Origin: an uncultured Planctomycetaceae bacterium
GTDB taxonomy: Bacteria > Planctomycetota > Planctomycetia > Isosphaerales > Isosphaeraceae
Assembly (NCBI GenBank): GCA_963833985.1
Contig: CAWIAD010000002.1
Span: 4,480,001-4,544,000 of the forward strand
Length of the DNA stretch: 64,000 nucleotides
Direction: 5' to 3'
Within the stretch, counting starts at the first letter, position 1; every line of letters begins with the position of its first letter. A model generated the notes under the pieces. That model was not told where the DNA came from and did no database searches. It saw nothing but the letters and a program-made list of their open reading frames with translations. Shown here one piece after another: positions 33,732 to 45,739 of the stretch. The translations under genes were made by a program, and so were the position numbers.

Positions 33732-36339
33732 TTAATGCACGGTTCCACGTATTTGATCCGCCATCCGCGACAGGTGGTTTCTCCTTTCCAGGGCACGATT
33801 CAGGGCATCGAGACGGGGCGGGCTGCCGACGAAGGTCCCGGTCGGGAACCGGTAGTAATCCAGCAGACCCGCCAGGATGCGTTCGCCGATGTAAGAGTTC
33901 AGCGACATGCCGGCAAGATACTGGAGCCGCAGGTTACGGTCCCTGTTGATCTGGGCCCCACGCGTCCACTCTTCCAGCATCGATGCCTGCCCCGAGTAGG
34001 TGGAGAGCAGATCCACGCTCTCATCGTTCAGTTGCGCCGCACCCTCGCCACCGGTATTCAGTTCGCCGAAGCCGACCTCGTGCAGCGACTGGCTGACCTG
34101 CTTGTGATCCTCACGCTCGAGCCGCTCCTGAAACGCATCGACGTCGATCACGGTCGGCTCGACCTGGCCGAAGAGGATCGCGTCGTAGCCATGCCCCTCG
34201 CGATCGTTGCTCCAGAGGATCCCCTGGGGGAATGCCTCGAAGAACGTGGCGATCAGGCTCTTGACCGTTTCCTGGTTGCTCTCGTAGAGCGGCATCCAGA
34301 GGCAGACGCTCCCCCCGGATTCAGGTGGTCGCGGCACATCTCATAATATTCCACGGTGTTGAGTGCTGCGCATCCTTTCACCCAGGGGTCGATCGGATCG
34401 GATGTGATGATGTCGAACTTTTCACGGGTCGTGCGCAGGAAGTGCCTGCCGTCGTCGTACACCACCTGCACCTGCTTGCCGTTGACGGTATGCGGGTTCT
34501 CGCCCGCAATCCCGTCCACCACGTGGTAATTCTCGTTGCCGAACATCGGTGTGACGGTCGTGGGCACGAGCGGCTCGATGTCGCAGATGACGATGCGCTT
34601 CACATCCGGGTGCAGCACGAAGCTCCCCGCCGTGACCCCCGCTCCGCAAGCGACAACCAGCACCGATTCAGGCTTGCGGTGCAGGAGCGCGGGCAGGTGC
34701 CCCAGCATGCGCTGAAGCCGCATGTCCGCGGGCAGGGTGGACGCCTGGATCTTGCCTGCTCCGTGAAAGCTGCGCACACCATCTCGTGTCTCTGTGACCG
34801 CAACGGAGACGTTCGTCCCCTCGCCGACGTAGGTGCAGTAGACTTCCGGCTCGCCCGGGCCGGTGGGGACTTCCGTGACGAGGCCCGGTGCCGACCGCTC
34901 CAGCCAGCTCGCCGTGTGCCGGCCGAACGCCACGCTCATCCAGGGCACGGGCGTGACAGTCCAGGCACTCCATGAGGCAACACCCATGGCAACGCTCAGG
35001 GCAGCAATACCGCCGCACCGCGCCATCGTATTCGCGTGACGCAAGAGCGGCAGCAGGGCGACCATGGCCGCAAGGGCGGCAATGCCGATCAAAGCCTGCT
35101 CCGCGCGGGCGGTGCCGGCGGCAGGGATGAGCAGCAGGCTGAACGCCAGAGCACCGGCGATCGCTCCGACCGTGTTGGCCGCGTAGACCGCTCCCACCAG
35201 GCGCCCGGGGTCCTGCGCGGGCCGACACGGCCCTGAGCGCCAGCGGGAAGCTCGCACCCCACAGGCAAGCGGGCGGCAGCACGGCCCAGAGGCAGCGCAC
35301 CAGGTCGAGCTGGAAGAGATACCACGGGCTCGGCGACAGGGTGGGGACGATCGGCCAGTAGGGGAGCGACCGCGAGATCATGGCCGCCGTCCAGGCGATG
35401 GCCAGCGTCAGCAGCCACTGGCAGACTCCGAGGCCCAGCCGCGCCGTCGCGGTCTGGCGCGCCAGCACGGCCCCCACCCCGCTACCGATGCCCAGCCCCG
35501 TCAGGAACACCGCCAGGATCAGCGAGAAGCTGTAGACCGTGGCGCCGAGCATGAGCGAAAGCAGACGCGTCCAGACGACCTCGGCCCCGAGGGCGGACAT
35601 GCCGGAGAGCGCGATGGCCAGGTAGACAGACCCTGGCCCGCCGGCGCAGGAGGGCAGCCGCATCGGCCTCCGCATCCGGCGCCGGGTGATACGGCTCCAC
35701 GGCCGCCAGCACCAGGGCAAGACCCGCGACGAGGAGATTGATCGCACAGGCGACGTACGTCGCCACGGCCATGTCATACACACGCAGCAGGTAGAAGCCG
35801 GCCAGCAGGCAGCCGGACACGGCGCCGGCAAGGTTGCCGCCGTAGAAGAACCCCAGCCATGACACGCCCTTCGCGTCGGTCTGCACCCACCGCGCGATCG
35901 CCGGCAAGGTCGCGCCCAGCAGCAGCGTCGGCGGCAGCAAGCACACTCCGGCCACGACCCCGCGGAGCAGGACGCTCGGAAAACCATGACCCGCGGAGCG
36001 CACGTAGATGGACTCGACCTGGGGCATGCCGAAGAGCACCGCCAGGCTGATGCCGCCGATGCCCAGCTCCAGCAGCGCGTAAACCCTCAGGGGGTGCCAG
36101 CGCGTCGAGACCAGCCTTGGCAGCAGCAGGCTCCCCAGGCACATCCCCCCCATGAACGTCGCCAGCAGCACGCCAAGGGAGACTGCCGTCGAACCGATCA
36201 CAAGCTGCAAGAGCTGTAGCCAGACGACCTCGTAGACGAGGGCCGCGCATCCGCTGCCCATGAATAACACGAACAGCGACGGGAGGAACCGCTGTCCGCT
36301 GTCCGGCCGGGCGGCGTGTGCCAGATCGTCATAAGACAT
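33732..36339 (-). CDS. Fused membrane domain / spermidine synthase-like protein (about three frameshifts: ~35650, ~35225, ~34312)
   Basis: [12 protein letters not shown] and [14 protein letters not shown] membrane repeats; [31 protein letters not shown]. Confidence 0.85.
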
Positions 36340-36366
36340 AAACAACCGTCTTCCGTAACAGGCCAC

Positions 36367-37833
36367 TCATCCCTTGATCACGCCCACGGGGCGGAGCCGG
36401 GCGACCTTGCTGGAGATCCCCGCCTTGTGGACCACGTCGACCACCAGATCGACGTCCTTGTACGCGGCCGGCTGCTCCTCCGCGAGGCCCTTGTGGCCGC
36501 GGGCGCGGGCGATGATGCCCAGGGCGTCCAGCTCCCGGTCGATGCGCCGGCCCTCCGCCAGGCGTACCGCGGCGGTGCGGCTCATCATCCGGCCCGCACC
36601 GTGACAGGAGGTGCCGAACGAGTGCTGCATGGAACCCGGCTGGCCGACCAGCACCCAGCTCGCCGTACCCATGCTTCCGGGTATGATCACAGGCTGGCCA
36701 ATCCCGGCGTAGGCCGCGGGCGTCTCGGGGTGGCCGGGCGGGAAAGCCCGCGTCGCCCCCTTGCGATGCACACACACCTGCGCCTGCCGCCCGCCCACGT
36801 CGTGTTCCTCGAACTTGGCTATATTGTGGGCGACGTCGTACACCAGGTCCATGCCAAGCTGCTCCCACGGCTTGCCGAAGACCCGCGCGAAGACATCCCG
36901 CGCCTGGTGCGCCAGTAACTGGCGGTTGCACCAGGCGAAGTTCGCCGCGGCACGCATGGCGCCCAGGTAATCCTGGCCTTCCGGGCTGCGCACCCGGGCG
37001 CACGCAAGCTGCGCATCGGGGAGCTCAAAACCGTACTTGCGGGGCGCGTTCTTGAAGACCTTCAAGTAGTCGTCGCAGACCTGGTAGCCCAGCCCGCGCG
37101 AGCCGGAGTGGATGAGCACAGTCACCTGGCCCTCGCGCAGGCCCATCACCTCGGCGGCCGCCCGGTCGAGCACGCGATCGACCACCTGAACCTCGAGGAA
37201 GTGGTTGCCCGAACCAAGCGTCCCGCACTGGTCGGCCCCGCGCATGATGGCGCGCTCGCTCACCCGCCCCGGATCGGCGCCCGGCAGCCGTCCCTCGGCC
37301 TCGGTGAAGACCTGGTCGCGATCCGACGCGAATCCCTTGCCGACCAGGTACGAGACCCCCTGCTCCATGAGCTTGACCAGCTCCGGCTTCGGAAAGCTGA
37401 ACCGCCCGTGCTGCCCCACGCCGGTGGGCACGTCGCGAAAGAGCTGGTCCACCAGGGGACGGATCTTCTCCTTGACGTCGCTCCAGTCCAGGTTGGAGCG
37501 GAGCAGGCGGACGCCGCAGTTGATGTCGTAGCCAACACCGCCGGGCGAGATGACGCCCCCCTGCTCCGGGTCGGTCGCGGCCACTCCACCAATGCAAAAG
37601 CCATAGCCCCAGTGAATATCGGGCATGGCCATGCTGGCCTTCTGGATGCCCGGCAGGGTCGCCACGTTCACCACCTGTTCGGGACCCTGATCCTGCTTGA
37701 TCTGCGCGATGAGCGGCTCGTCCGCGAAGATGAGCCCGTCCACGCGCATGTCATCGCGGTAGCTCCTGGGAATCTTCCACTGGCAGGGCCCGACTTGCTC
37801 GAGGGGTCCGGTATAGCCTCCACTTTGGGCCAT
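36367..37833 (-). CDS. rtcB: RNA-splicing ligase RtcB
   Basis: MPDIHWGYGFCIGG, GYDINCG, GTLGSGNHF, HSGSRG, AHNIAK, HRKGAT, HGAGR motifs. Confidence 0.97.
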   Translation of the reverse strand: MAQSGGYTGPLEQVGPCQWKIPRSYRDDMRVDGLIFADEPLIAQIKQDQGPEQVVNVATLPGIQKASMAMPDIHWGYGFCIGGVAATDPEQGGVISPGGVGYDINCGVRLLRSNLDWSDVKEKIRPLVDQLFRDVPTGVGQHGRFSFPKPELVKLMEQGVSYLVGKGFASDRDQVFTEAEGRLPGADPGRVSERAIMRGADQCGTLGSGNHFLEVQVVDRVLDRAAAEVMGLREGQVTVLIHSGSRGLGYQVCDDYLKVFKNAPRKYGFELPDAQLACARVRSPEGQDYLGAMRAAANFAWCNRQLLAHQARDVFARVFGKPWEQLGMDLVYDVAHNIAKFEEHDVGGRQAQVCVHRKGATRAFPPGHPETPAAYAGIGQPVIIPGSMGTASWVLVGQPGSMQHSFGTSCHGAGRMMSRTAAVRLAEGRRIDRELDALGIIARARGHKGLAEEQPAAYKDVDLVVDVVHKAGISSKVARLRPVGVIKG

Positions 37834-37917
37834 GGCTTGCTCCCTGGCCTCTGGCCGCTGGAGATCCTTGGTTCCGACATCGTCATTCTAACCGGACGCG
37901 ATGGAACGCGAACGGGT

Positions 37918-40900
37918 TCAGGGTCCCGGCGGTCCGCCCAGGCGATCGAGCGCTTGCTTGCGCGCATTCCATGCCGATGCGTCGAGCAGGCGGACGGAAT
38001 CATTGGCGTCAATTTCCATGCCGGTGATCACCTCGCACCAGAGGGCGATCCGGGCGGCGTCGCCGGGCAGTTCACGGGGAACCTGGCAAACGCGCGCGGT
38101 CTGGTCGAAACCGCCCGTGACGAACGTGTCGCCGTGCGGGGCGGCCGCCACGGCATGAACCTGATCGTCGTGCTCGATCGGAGGCCCAATCGGCCGCCGG
38201 GTGCGAAAATCCCAGAGCCGCGCCCCGTGGTCCCAGCTTCCCGTCACCACCGCCCGGCCGCCGTCGGTAAACTCGGCGGCGCTAATCCGGCCGCGGTGCT
38301 CCAGCGGTGCACCGGCGGGCTGGCCGGTGACTACGTCCCAGAACCGAATCGAATGATCGGCACAACCGGTCATGACGCATGTCCCGTCCGGGCTCACGCT
38401 CAACGACGTGACCTCGTCACCGTGTTTCAAGATGAGCTCGTGCTCCTTCTGGTCAGTACCGGTGCGGTGGATGCAGGCCGTGTGATCCGAGCTACCGCTG
38501 ATCACGGTCGTCTCGTCCGCACCAAATCGAAGACACGTCACCCAGTTGTGATGCGGCTGCTGGCTCTTGAACTCGCCGGTCGAGGTATCCCAGACACCCA
38601 CTCTGCCATCCTGAGTGCCCACCAGAACAAGATCCGACGTCGCCGAACCGTGCAGTGCCGTGATCCAGGAATTCAAGGCAAGCTTCGGGCCAATCGTTTT
38701 GCCTGTGTCGCGATCCCAGAGTTGAACCTCGCCACTCTCGGTCCCGGTGCAGATCCATCGATCGCGAGCGCAGAGTCCAGCCGAAAACAGGACACCCAGC
38801 CCCGAAATCGTGTGGCGCACCTGGCCCGACGCCACGTCGATGAGCAGGACGGAACCGTCGTTGGTGGCGATCAGCAAGCTGCGGTCCCAATGATCGAACG
38901 TGCATACGACTGCGGAGTCAGTCAGCGGGATCGCCGGCGCAACGAGCTGTTGCGTTTCCAGGTTCCACAACCGCACCTCGGGGGTCCGAAAGGGACGGCC
39001 GCCCGCGGTGGCGACATAGCGGCCGTCATGGCTGATGGCTGCCCACGCGACATCTCCCGCGCTCACCAGGCGGCGTTCGGGCCTCCAGCGCGACAGCGAC
39101 CAAGCACGGGCCGAACCATCTGAACCCACGGAGTGAAAGGCCCTGTCGTCAGGCCCGAAAGCCGCGGCTGCCACGGTGCTTTCGTGGGGCAAGGGCGGAC
39201 CGAGCGGTCGGCTTTCGGGCACGCTCCAGAGCCGCGCACTCTTGAAGCTGGTCGTGAGCAGGTGCTTGCCATTGTGACTGAAAACGACGTGGGTTACCGG
39301 GTCATCGTGCTGCATGGGCGCTCCGACGAGACGTCCCGTAGCCGTATCCCAGAGCCTGGCCATCTGGTCTCGATCGGCCGTCGCCAGCATGCTGGCGTCA
39401 GGACGGAATCGAGCTTCCGCCGTGATCGTCTGGGTGGGGATCTCGATTGACTTCTGTCCGGTGCGAAGATGACAGATCGCGAGCCTGGGCTCCGAAGTGC
39501 CGACGGCCAGAACGTCCGCTTGCGGTGCCAGCGCAATCGTCTCGATAGGCCTGACGAACGTGATGGGGGAGCCGATCAAGGTTCCTTCGTCGATCTTCCA
39601 GATGCGTACTTTCCGGTCCCGTGCGGCCGTGGCCAGTGTCTTGCCGTCCTTGCTGAGAGACACCAGATAAACGGGCCTGGGATGCACCAGCGGCTGGCCG
39701 ATGGGTTGGCCGGTCACGGCGTTCCAGATTCTTGCGGTTCCGTCATCGTGGGCCGTGGCGATCACGGTGCCGCCGGCGTCTATGGTCACGGCACCAACCG
39801 GCGCCCGGGTGTCGAATTCAAGGTCGGGCCCACGTTCCCCGCCAAGCTGCCGAAGATGAACGAGGTGCCCCTCTTCCACAGTCAGCAGCAGGTCTCCGTC
39901 GCGGGCCATGTACGCCACTTCGGCGTTCCTGGCGCCTGGCAGAAACGACTCGAGCGCGGCCTCTTGCCGCGACCAGCTTTCCAGGTTCATGCGAATGATG
40001 CGGTCCAGGTCGCTCGCTCCGGGAGGCGCAAGCTGGAGTGCGCGGGCCAGCCACAAGAGCCCGGCCGGCACGTCTCCCCGATCGCACCGCGACAGTCCGT
40101 TTTCGAGAGCAAAGCTTGCCGACAGACGGCTCAGGCTGGTGACGGACTGGGTCTTGTGGATCGCGAAGACGGCGAGCAGCACCACGAAGGCAAGGGCTGC
40201 CGCGGCCGCCAGGCTACTGGCCAGCGCCAGCGCCGGGTTGCGGCAGGCCCAGCGCCAGAGCAGCTCGGGCTTGCTCACGTCGCGCGCCCGAATCGGCCTG
40301 CGGTCCAGGTAGCGCCGCAGGTCGTCCGCCAGCTCGGCCGCCGTCTGGTAGCGCCAGCCCGGCTCCTTCGCCATCGCCTTCAAGCAGATGGTTTCCAGGT
40401 CGCGCGGAATCTTGTCATTGGTCCGGCGCGGTGGACGCGGTTCCTCGCTCAGAACCTGCTGGATGATCATCGACCACGACCCGCGAAACGGCAGTTCGCC
40501 GCAGAGCAACTGGTACAGCACCACACCCAGCGAGTAGACGTCGCTGCGGCGGTCGGCCTCGTGTGCTTTCCCGGCCGCCTGCTCCGGGCTCATGTAAGCG
40601 GGCGTGCCGACGATCTGGCCGTCGATCGTGAGCACCACCTCCGCCGTTTCGCGCAGGGCCAGGCCGAAATCGACGATCACCGGGCGGCCGATGGGCCGAT
40701 CAACCAGGGCCTCGGTGACCGCGGCTGACGGCGGCCGGGTGAACTCGATGCCGGCGTACTCGATCATCAGGTTGGCGGGCTTGATGTCTCGATGCACCAG
40801 CCCCCGGTCGTGCGCATGATGCAGGGCCTCGGCGACCTCGGCCACCAGCCGGGCGGCCTCCTCGAAGGTGAGCTTTCGCACCTCGATCAGGTCTTTGAGC

Positions 40901-41487
40901 GTCACGCCCTCCACGAACTCGGAAACGATCGCGGTGACGTCACCCTCGGTGACCACTTCATGCACCGGCACAATTCCCGGGTGCCGCAGCGCCGCGGCTG
41001 CCTGCGCCTCGCGCCAGAACCTGCCGTGAAAATCCGCGGTATCGAGGGCGTCCTCGTGGGGGATCTTGAGCGCGACGGGCCGGTGAAGCTGGGTGTCAAA
41101 AGCCCGCCAGACGACCCCGAACGTCCCCTGCCCCACGCGCTTGATCAGTCGAAACCGGGCCAGAACCTGGCTTGCTCCCCGCCCGGTTGGGTTCTTGGGC
41201 AGCTCGACGCGGAAGTAACTGCCGCAGTGCGTGCAGACGAGCTTGCCGGGAGCATCGTCCGCGGTCGCCAGCGGGTTGCGGCAGTGCGGACACGTCAGGT
41301 GCGGTTCGTCGACCGTGGAAAGATCGGTCGTCGCGTGATCGTGCGGCGCCAGGGTCTGGTCCTGGATGGTCGAGTCGGAGATACCGCTGCGCAGCGTCGA
41401 CGGCTGCGCGTCGGGACGCTCTGGCTCATCTGCGACCCGCGGAGACTCCGGGTCGGCCACGGTTGATTCTTGCCCGTCCGGCGCCAT
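37918..41487 (-). CDS. Ser/Thr protein kinase with N-terminal zinc ribbon and WD40 repeats (start uncertain)
   Basis: CPHC..CTHC; GQGTFGVV, HRDIKPAN, DFG, GTPAYMSPE; TM; many WD repeats. Confidence 0.92.
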   Translation of the reverse strand: MAPDGQESTVADPESPRVADEPERPDAQPSTLRSGISDSTIQDQTLAPHDHATTDLSTVDEPHLTCPHCRNPLATADDAPGKLVCTHCGSYFRVELPKNPTGRGASQVLARFRLIKRVGQGTFGVVWRAFDTQLHRPVALKIPHEDALDTADFHGRFWREAQAAAALRHPGIVPVHEVVTEGDVTAIVSEFVEGVTLKDLIEVRKLTFEEAARLVAEVAEALHHAHDRGLVHRDIKPANLMIEYAGIEFTRPPSAAVTEALVDRPIGRPVIVDFGLALRETAEVVLTIDGQIVGTPAYMSPEQAAGKAHEADRRSDVYSLGVVLYQLLCGELPFRGSWSMIIQQVLSEEPRPPRRTNDKIPRDLETICLKAMAKEPGWRYQTAAELADDLRRYLDRRPIRARDVSKPELLWRWACRNPALALASSLAAAAALAFVVLLAVFAIHKTQSVTSLSRLSASFALENGLSRCDRGDVPAGLLWLARALQLAPPGASDLDRIIRMNLESWSRQEAALESFLPGARNAEVAYMARDGDLLLTVEEGHLVHLRQLGGERGPDLEFDTRAPVGAVTIDAGGTVIATAHDDGTARIWNAVTGQPIGQPLVHPRPVYLVSLSKDGKTLATAARDRKVRIWKIDEGTLIGSPITFVRPIETIALAPQADVLAVGTSEPRLAICHLRTGQKSIEIPTQTITAEARFRPDASMLATADRDQMARLWDTATGRLVGAPMQHDDPVTHVVFSHNGKHLLTTSFKSARLWSVPESRPLGPPLPHESTVAAAAFGPDDRAFHSVGSDGSARAWSLSRWRPERRLVSAGDVAWAAISHDGRYVATAGGRPFRTPEVRLWNLETQQLVAPAIPLTDSAVVCTFDHWDRSLLIATNDGSVLLIDVASGQVRHTISGLGVLFSAGLCARDRWICTGTESGEVQLWDRDTGKTIGPKLALNSWITALHGSATSDLVLVGTQDGRVGVWDTSTGEFKSQQPHHNWVTCLRFGADETTVISGSSDHTACIHRTGTDQKEHELILKHGDEVTSLSVSPDGTCVMTGCADHSIRFWDVVTGQPAGAPLEHRGRISAAEFTDGGRAVVTGSWDHGARLWDFRTRRPIGPPIEHDDQVHAVAAAPHGDTFVTGGFDQTARVCQVPRELPGDAARIALWCEVITGMEIDANDSVRLLDASAWNARKQALDRLGGPPGP

Positions 41488-41658
41488 TCCGCTCGACTCC
41501 CGACAACACCGTGCATTTCCACAATGGTCGCTTGCCGCCCGTACGGAACGCAAGACGTTTTGCGTCGCGGCCACGGGCGGGAAGCAACCAGGAGCGGCAT
41601 GACTTCAGTAACGCTTGCCTTGCGGAACCGACGACGAGACCTCGACATGCCCGCGGCT

Positions 41659-42262
41659 TCAAGCCTCGGTCGCAGGCGGCTCGGGACAGGGTTGGGGAGT
41701 AACAGGCTTGGGGCCGGTCGGTTTCTTCCCCCCTCCCATTCCCCCTTCGCCTCCGCCTGTTTCGCATGTCCCACACGGCGTTCCACCCAGCGTCTTGCAG
41801 AGCGGGGGGCTGCAATTGGGCTGACAGTTTCCATCCTTGAACTGGCAGCCCCCCGTCAGGGCGGCCGGGACCGCTCCCTTCAAGCCCGCAGGCGGCGCCG
41901 TCACACCGGAAAGCGGCTGAAACTTCAAGGCGGCTTCCAGGATTGTGTACATCTGGTTCGCTGCCGCGTAAAGATGATTGCAGATGATATCGAAGGCAAC
42001 CACTTCCAGGACGTGCTTGGCCGTTCCCTCGCAGATGGCCGCACGGATCCTGTCACGTTGCTGCTCGGTGACGAAGGCTCCGTAGAGGTGCCCGTCGATC
42101 CGAAAGCGGCAGGGGAGCAGTTCCACGTCGTCCCCCTCCGGCGGGTCCGAGCCCGTGATTGTCGAGAGCCGCTCCAGCGCCTCGACGGCCTTCAAATTCG
42201 CCGCGTCGAGCAGCTTGAACACGCCCCAGAGCTCGATCGCGCAAGATCTGATCTTCGGTCAT
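41659..42262 (-). CDS. Hypothetical protein with Cys-rich C-terminus (probable frameshift ~42240)
   Basis: ORF 41659..42222 plus upstream ATG 42262 in an adjacent frame; GGCQFKDGNCQPNCSPPLCKTLGGTPCGTC. Confidence 0.6.
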
Positions 42263-42705
42263 ACTCGAGGCCCCTCGATGCAAGAGTGATCGGAACGAAG
42301 TGAGATCGAAATGCGGCCAGGGATTCACCGCGCGGGAACCGAGCAACCGCGGGCTCTACCCGGATCGGTGCCGCTCGCCCGGGTCAAAGTCGCGAACAGC
42401 GTGACGATGACAGGGAGTGCGAGGCTCCTGCCGAGCCGACAGCCAGTGGGACTCGGCCGGAGCCTCGTCCTCCTGGAAACTCGTTTGCTCGCGTTTCCTC
42501 AGCTCGACGGCCGGCCTGGCCTCGAAGTCCACTCAGGAACCAGAACGAAATGCCCGGAACGGAAATCCTGCAACGCAGTGTGGCCTTCAAAATGTGTACG
42601 TGACATCCGGCCGATCAAGTTTACAAGGAACAGCAGGCGAGCGGAAGCGCCCGGATCGAGCTTTTTCATGACATTCCCGTGACCGTGTGCGAACCATCTC
42701 AACAG

Positions 42706-45518
42706 TCAGGCCGAGCCCGCCGCCAGCGCGGCCGCGATCACCTGGCCCGTGAGCGTGCCGGATCGCGCCACATCCTCGGGGCTGCCGGCGGCGACGACCC
42801 GCCCTCCCTCGGGACCCGGTCCGGGGCCCAGGTCGATGATCCAGTCGGCGCAGACCAGCAGTTCGGGGCTGTGCTCGATGACGATCACCGAATGCCCGCG
42901 ATCCACCAGCAGGTTGAGCGCAGCAATCAGCCTGAGCGTGTCAAAGGGGTGCAGACCGGCGCTGGGCTCATCGAGCAGGTAGAGCGTGTGTGCGGCGGTG
43001 CCCGCTCGATTCAGCACAGCGGTGGAGCTTCCCAGGAACGCCGCCAGCCTGAGCCGTTGCGCCTCGCCGCCGGAGAGCGTGGCCGCCGGCTGCCCCAACC
43101 GCAGATAGTCCAGGCCGATGTCCATGAGCGAACGCAGCCGGGCCTGAATCTTGCGCCGATGACGGAAGAAGACGAATGCCTCGCGCGCCGTCAGCTCGAG
43201 GACCTCGGCGATGTTCCGCCCGCGATAGGTGACTTCCAGGACCTCGGGGCGGTAACGCGTGCCCCGGCACTCGGGACAGCGCATCTGCACGTCGGGCAGG
43301 AACTGCATGTCGATGGTCAGAAGCCCCTCGCCATGACATTTTTCGCAGCGCCCGCCCTCGACGTTGAAGCTGAACCGCCCCGCACCGTAGTTCCGCAGCC
43401 GGGCCTCATGGGTCGCCGCGAAGGTGCGCCGGATCTCGTCGAAAACCTTCAGGTACGTCGCCGGGTTCGACCGTCCCGAACGGCCGATCGGCGTCTGGTC
43501 CAGGAACACGACGTCCGTGAGGTCGCCCACTCCGTCAAGACTATCGAATTCCGCCGTGGGCAGCGTCTGGCGATGCAGCCTCTGGCGGAGCGCGGGGTAG
43601 AGCGTCTGCTCCACGAGGGTGCTCTTGCCCGCCCCGCTGACTCCCGTGACGGCGCAGAGGACGCCCAGCGGAAAGGCCGCGTTGACGGACCGGAGATGAT
43701 GGCCACGCGCCCCGCGGAGCGTGAGCAGGCCGCGTGTCGCCGCGCGCCGCGAGGACGGGATCTCGACCCGCTTGCGGCCGGCCAGGAAATCGCCGGTGAG
43801 GGAATTCTTCACCTCGGCCAGGCCGCCCAGCGACCCGCCATACAGCAGTTCCCCGCCCGAGGTGCCGGCGCCGGGGCCCAGGTCCACCAGGTGATCGGCC
43901 GCCTGAAGGATCGTGCGGTCGTGCTCCACGACGACCAGCGTGTTGCCGGCGTCGCGCAGCCGGCCAAGGACCGCGATCAGCCGGCCAACCTCGTTGGCAT
44001 GCAGGCCAATGGTCGGCTCGTCCAGGACATAAAGCGTGTTCACCAGGCCGGAGCGCAGCGTCCGCGCCATCGCGACCCGGCGCAGCTCGCCGCTGGAGAG
44101 CGTCCGGCCGGCCCGGGCGAGCGACAGGTAATCCAGGCCGATCTCACCCAGGGTCTCCAGCCGCCCGGAAAGCTGGTCGAGGACCCGCGCCGCCACCGCT
44201 CCGCGGTCCTGTGCCCGCCACTCCGCCGCCAGCCGGCGCGCTGCACCGATCGGCAGGGCCGAGAACTCGGCGATATTCATCCCGCCCATGCGCACCGCCA
44301 GCGCCTCCGGCCGCAACCGCGCTCCATGACAGGCAGGACAGGGTCCTTGCCGGCTCCAGCGGGCCAGGAACGCCTGCACCGCCAGTTTCCATGCCTTCCG
44401 CTCCAGCCGCTCCAGGAACCCTCTCACTCCCGCGAAGCCAGCCTCCGGCCGGCCCTCGATCACCGTCTGGACCTGCCCGGGTGCCAGCTGGCGGAAGGGA
44501 ACACTCACCGGCACATCGAGCTCGGGCGCCCACTTCAGCAGTTCATCGAGACGGGACCGGTGCGCCGGGGTGGACCACGGGGCGATCGCGCCCTCGCGGA
44601 GCGACCGTGCCTGATCGGGGACGATCCGCTCCAGGTCCAGCTCGATACCCGTGCCGGTCCCCTCGCAGAGCGGGCAAGCGCCCAGGGGGTTGCTGAACCG
44701 GAAGAGGTTGATGGCCGGCTCGATGTGGTCGGTACCGCAAACGCCACACCGCCAGCCGCGCACGAACGTCTCGCGCCGGCATCAGTGAGTAGCCGGCAGC
44801 GGCCCATGCCGCGCGTGAATGCGGTCTCGATGGAATCGAGCCGGCGTCCGGGCGGATCCTTGCCGCGCACCAGGCGATCGACGATCACGTCGGCCAGCAG
44901 CGGCGCACCGGAATCTGACGGTGCCGGGAGTCCCTCGGATGCCAGGTCGATGAGCCGGCCGTCGAGGCGCGCGCGGGTGAGGCCGTCCTCGATCAGCGCG
45001 CGCGCCAGCGCCGCCGGATCCGTGCCCGGCAGCAGCTCCAGCGGAAACGCGACCTCGTAGCGCGCACCTTCCGCAAGCTCGTCGACGGCCCGCGCGACAA
45101 GTTGGGGCGTGGCGGGGACGACCCGGTGGCCGCAGTTCCGGCAGAACACCTCGCCGGCCCGAGCAAAAAGCAGGCAAAGGTCGTTGTGGACCTCGGAGAT
45201 CGTGCCAACCGTGCTGCGCACCGAGGGGAGCGATTCGCGGCCGGCCACCGCGATGGCCGGCGGGATGCTCTCGATCCGCTCGGCGTCGGGTTTTTCGAGG
45301 GGCTCGAGGAACTGCCGGGCATAGGCCGAGAAGGTCTCGACGTAGCGCCTTTGCCCCTCCGCATAGAGCGTGTCGAACGCCAGCGAGCTCTTCCCTGCCC
45401 CGCTCACCCCGGTGATGACGATCCACTTCCCCAGGGGCAGGTCCAGATCGAACCCCTTGAGGTTATGGGTCCTCACCTGGCGCAGGCGGATGGCGGCAAG
45501 CGGATGAGTGGGAGCCAT
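42706..45518 (-). CDS. uvrA: Excinuclease ABC subunit A paralog (frameshift ~44768)
   Basis: GVSGAGKSSLAFDTLYAEGQRRYVE; FSNPLGACPLCEG; LSSGE..LDEPTIGLH; GVSGAGKST; FSFNVEGGRCEKC; LSGGEAQR. Confidence 0.93.
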
Positions 45519-45655
45519 TGACACGTGAAAGACTCATCACGAGATCAGGCGCAGTCCCACGACCCCGCGGAACGTGCTACTTGCGTTGGGAGCGAGCGTG
45601 CGGCTTTCGTCATCACCCATACCGCACTGAATCCGGTCGCATGCGCGGTTCAGAC

Positions 45656-45739
45656 TCAGGACCGACTTGACCAGTAGCCAGGTAGCCGCCCGGGATGAGC
45701 CAGGGCTTCCGCCTCGCGATGAGGAGCGACCTCAGCCAC
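45656..45739 (-). pseudogene. Internally deleted RelE/ParE-family toxin relic (27 aa)
   Basis: Own translation from GTG 45739: VAEVAPHREAEALAHPGRLPGYWSSRS*; overlaps the antitoxin stop; ParE-like N-terminus joined to ParE-like C-terminal AH..R.PGYW. Confidence 0.7.

Noticed and set aside
42679..45060. Long antisense ORFs (793 aa here; also 17743..19233, 27724..29184, 37108..39123)
   Set aside because: Expected shadows of real genes in high-GC DNA; no recognisable motifs
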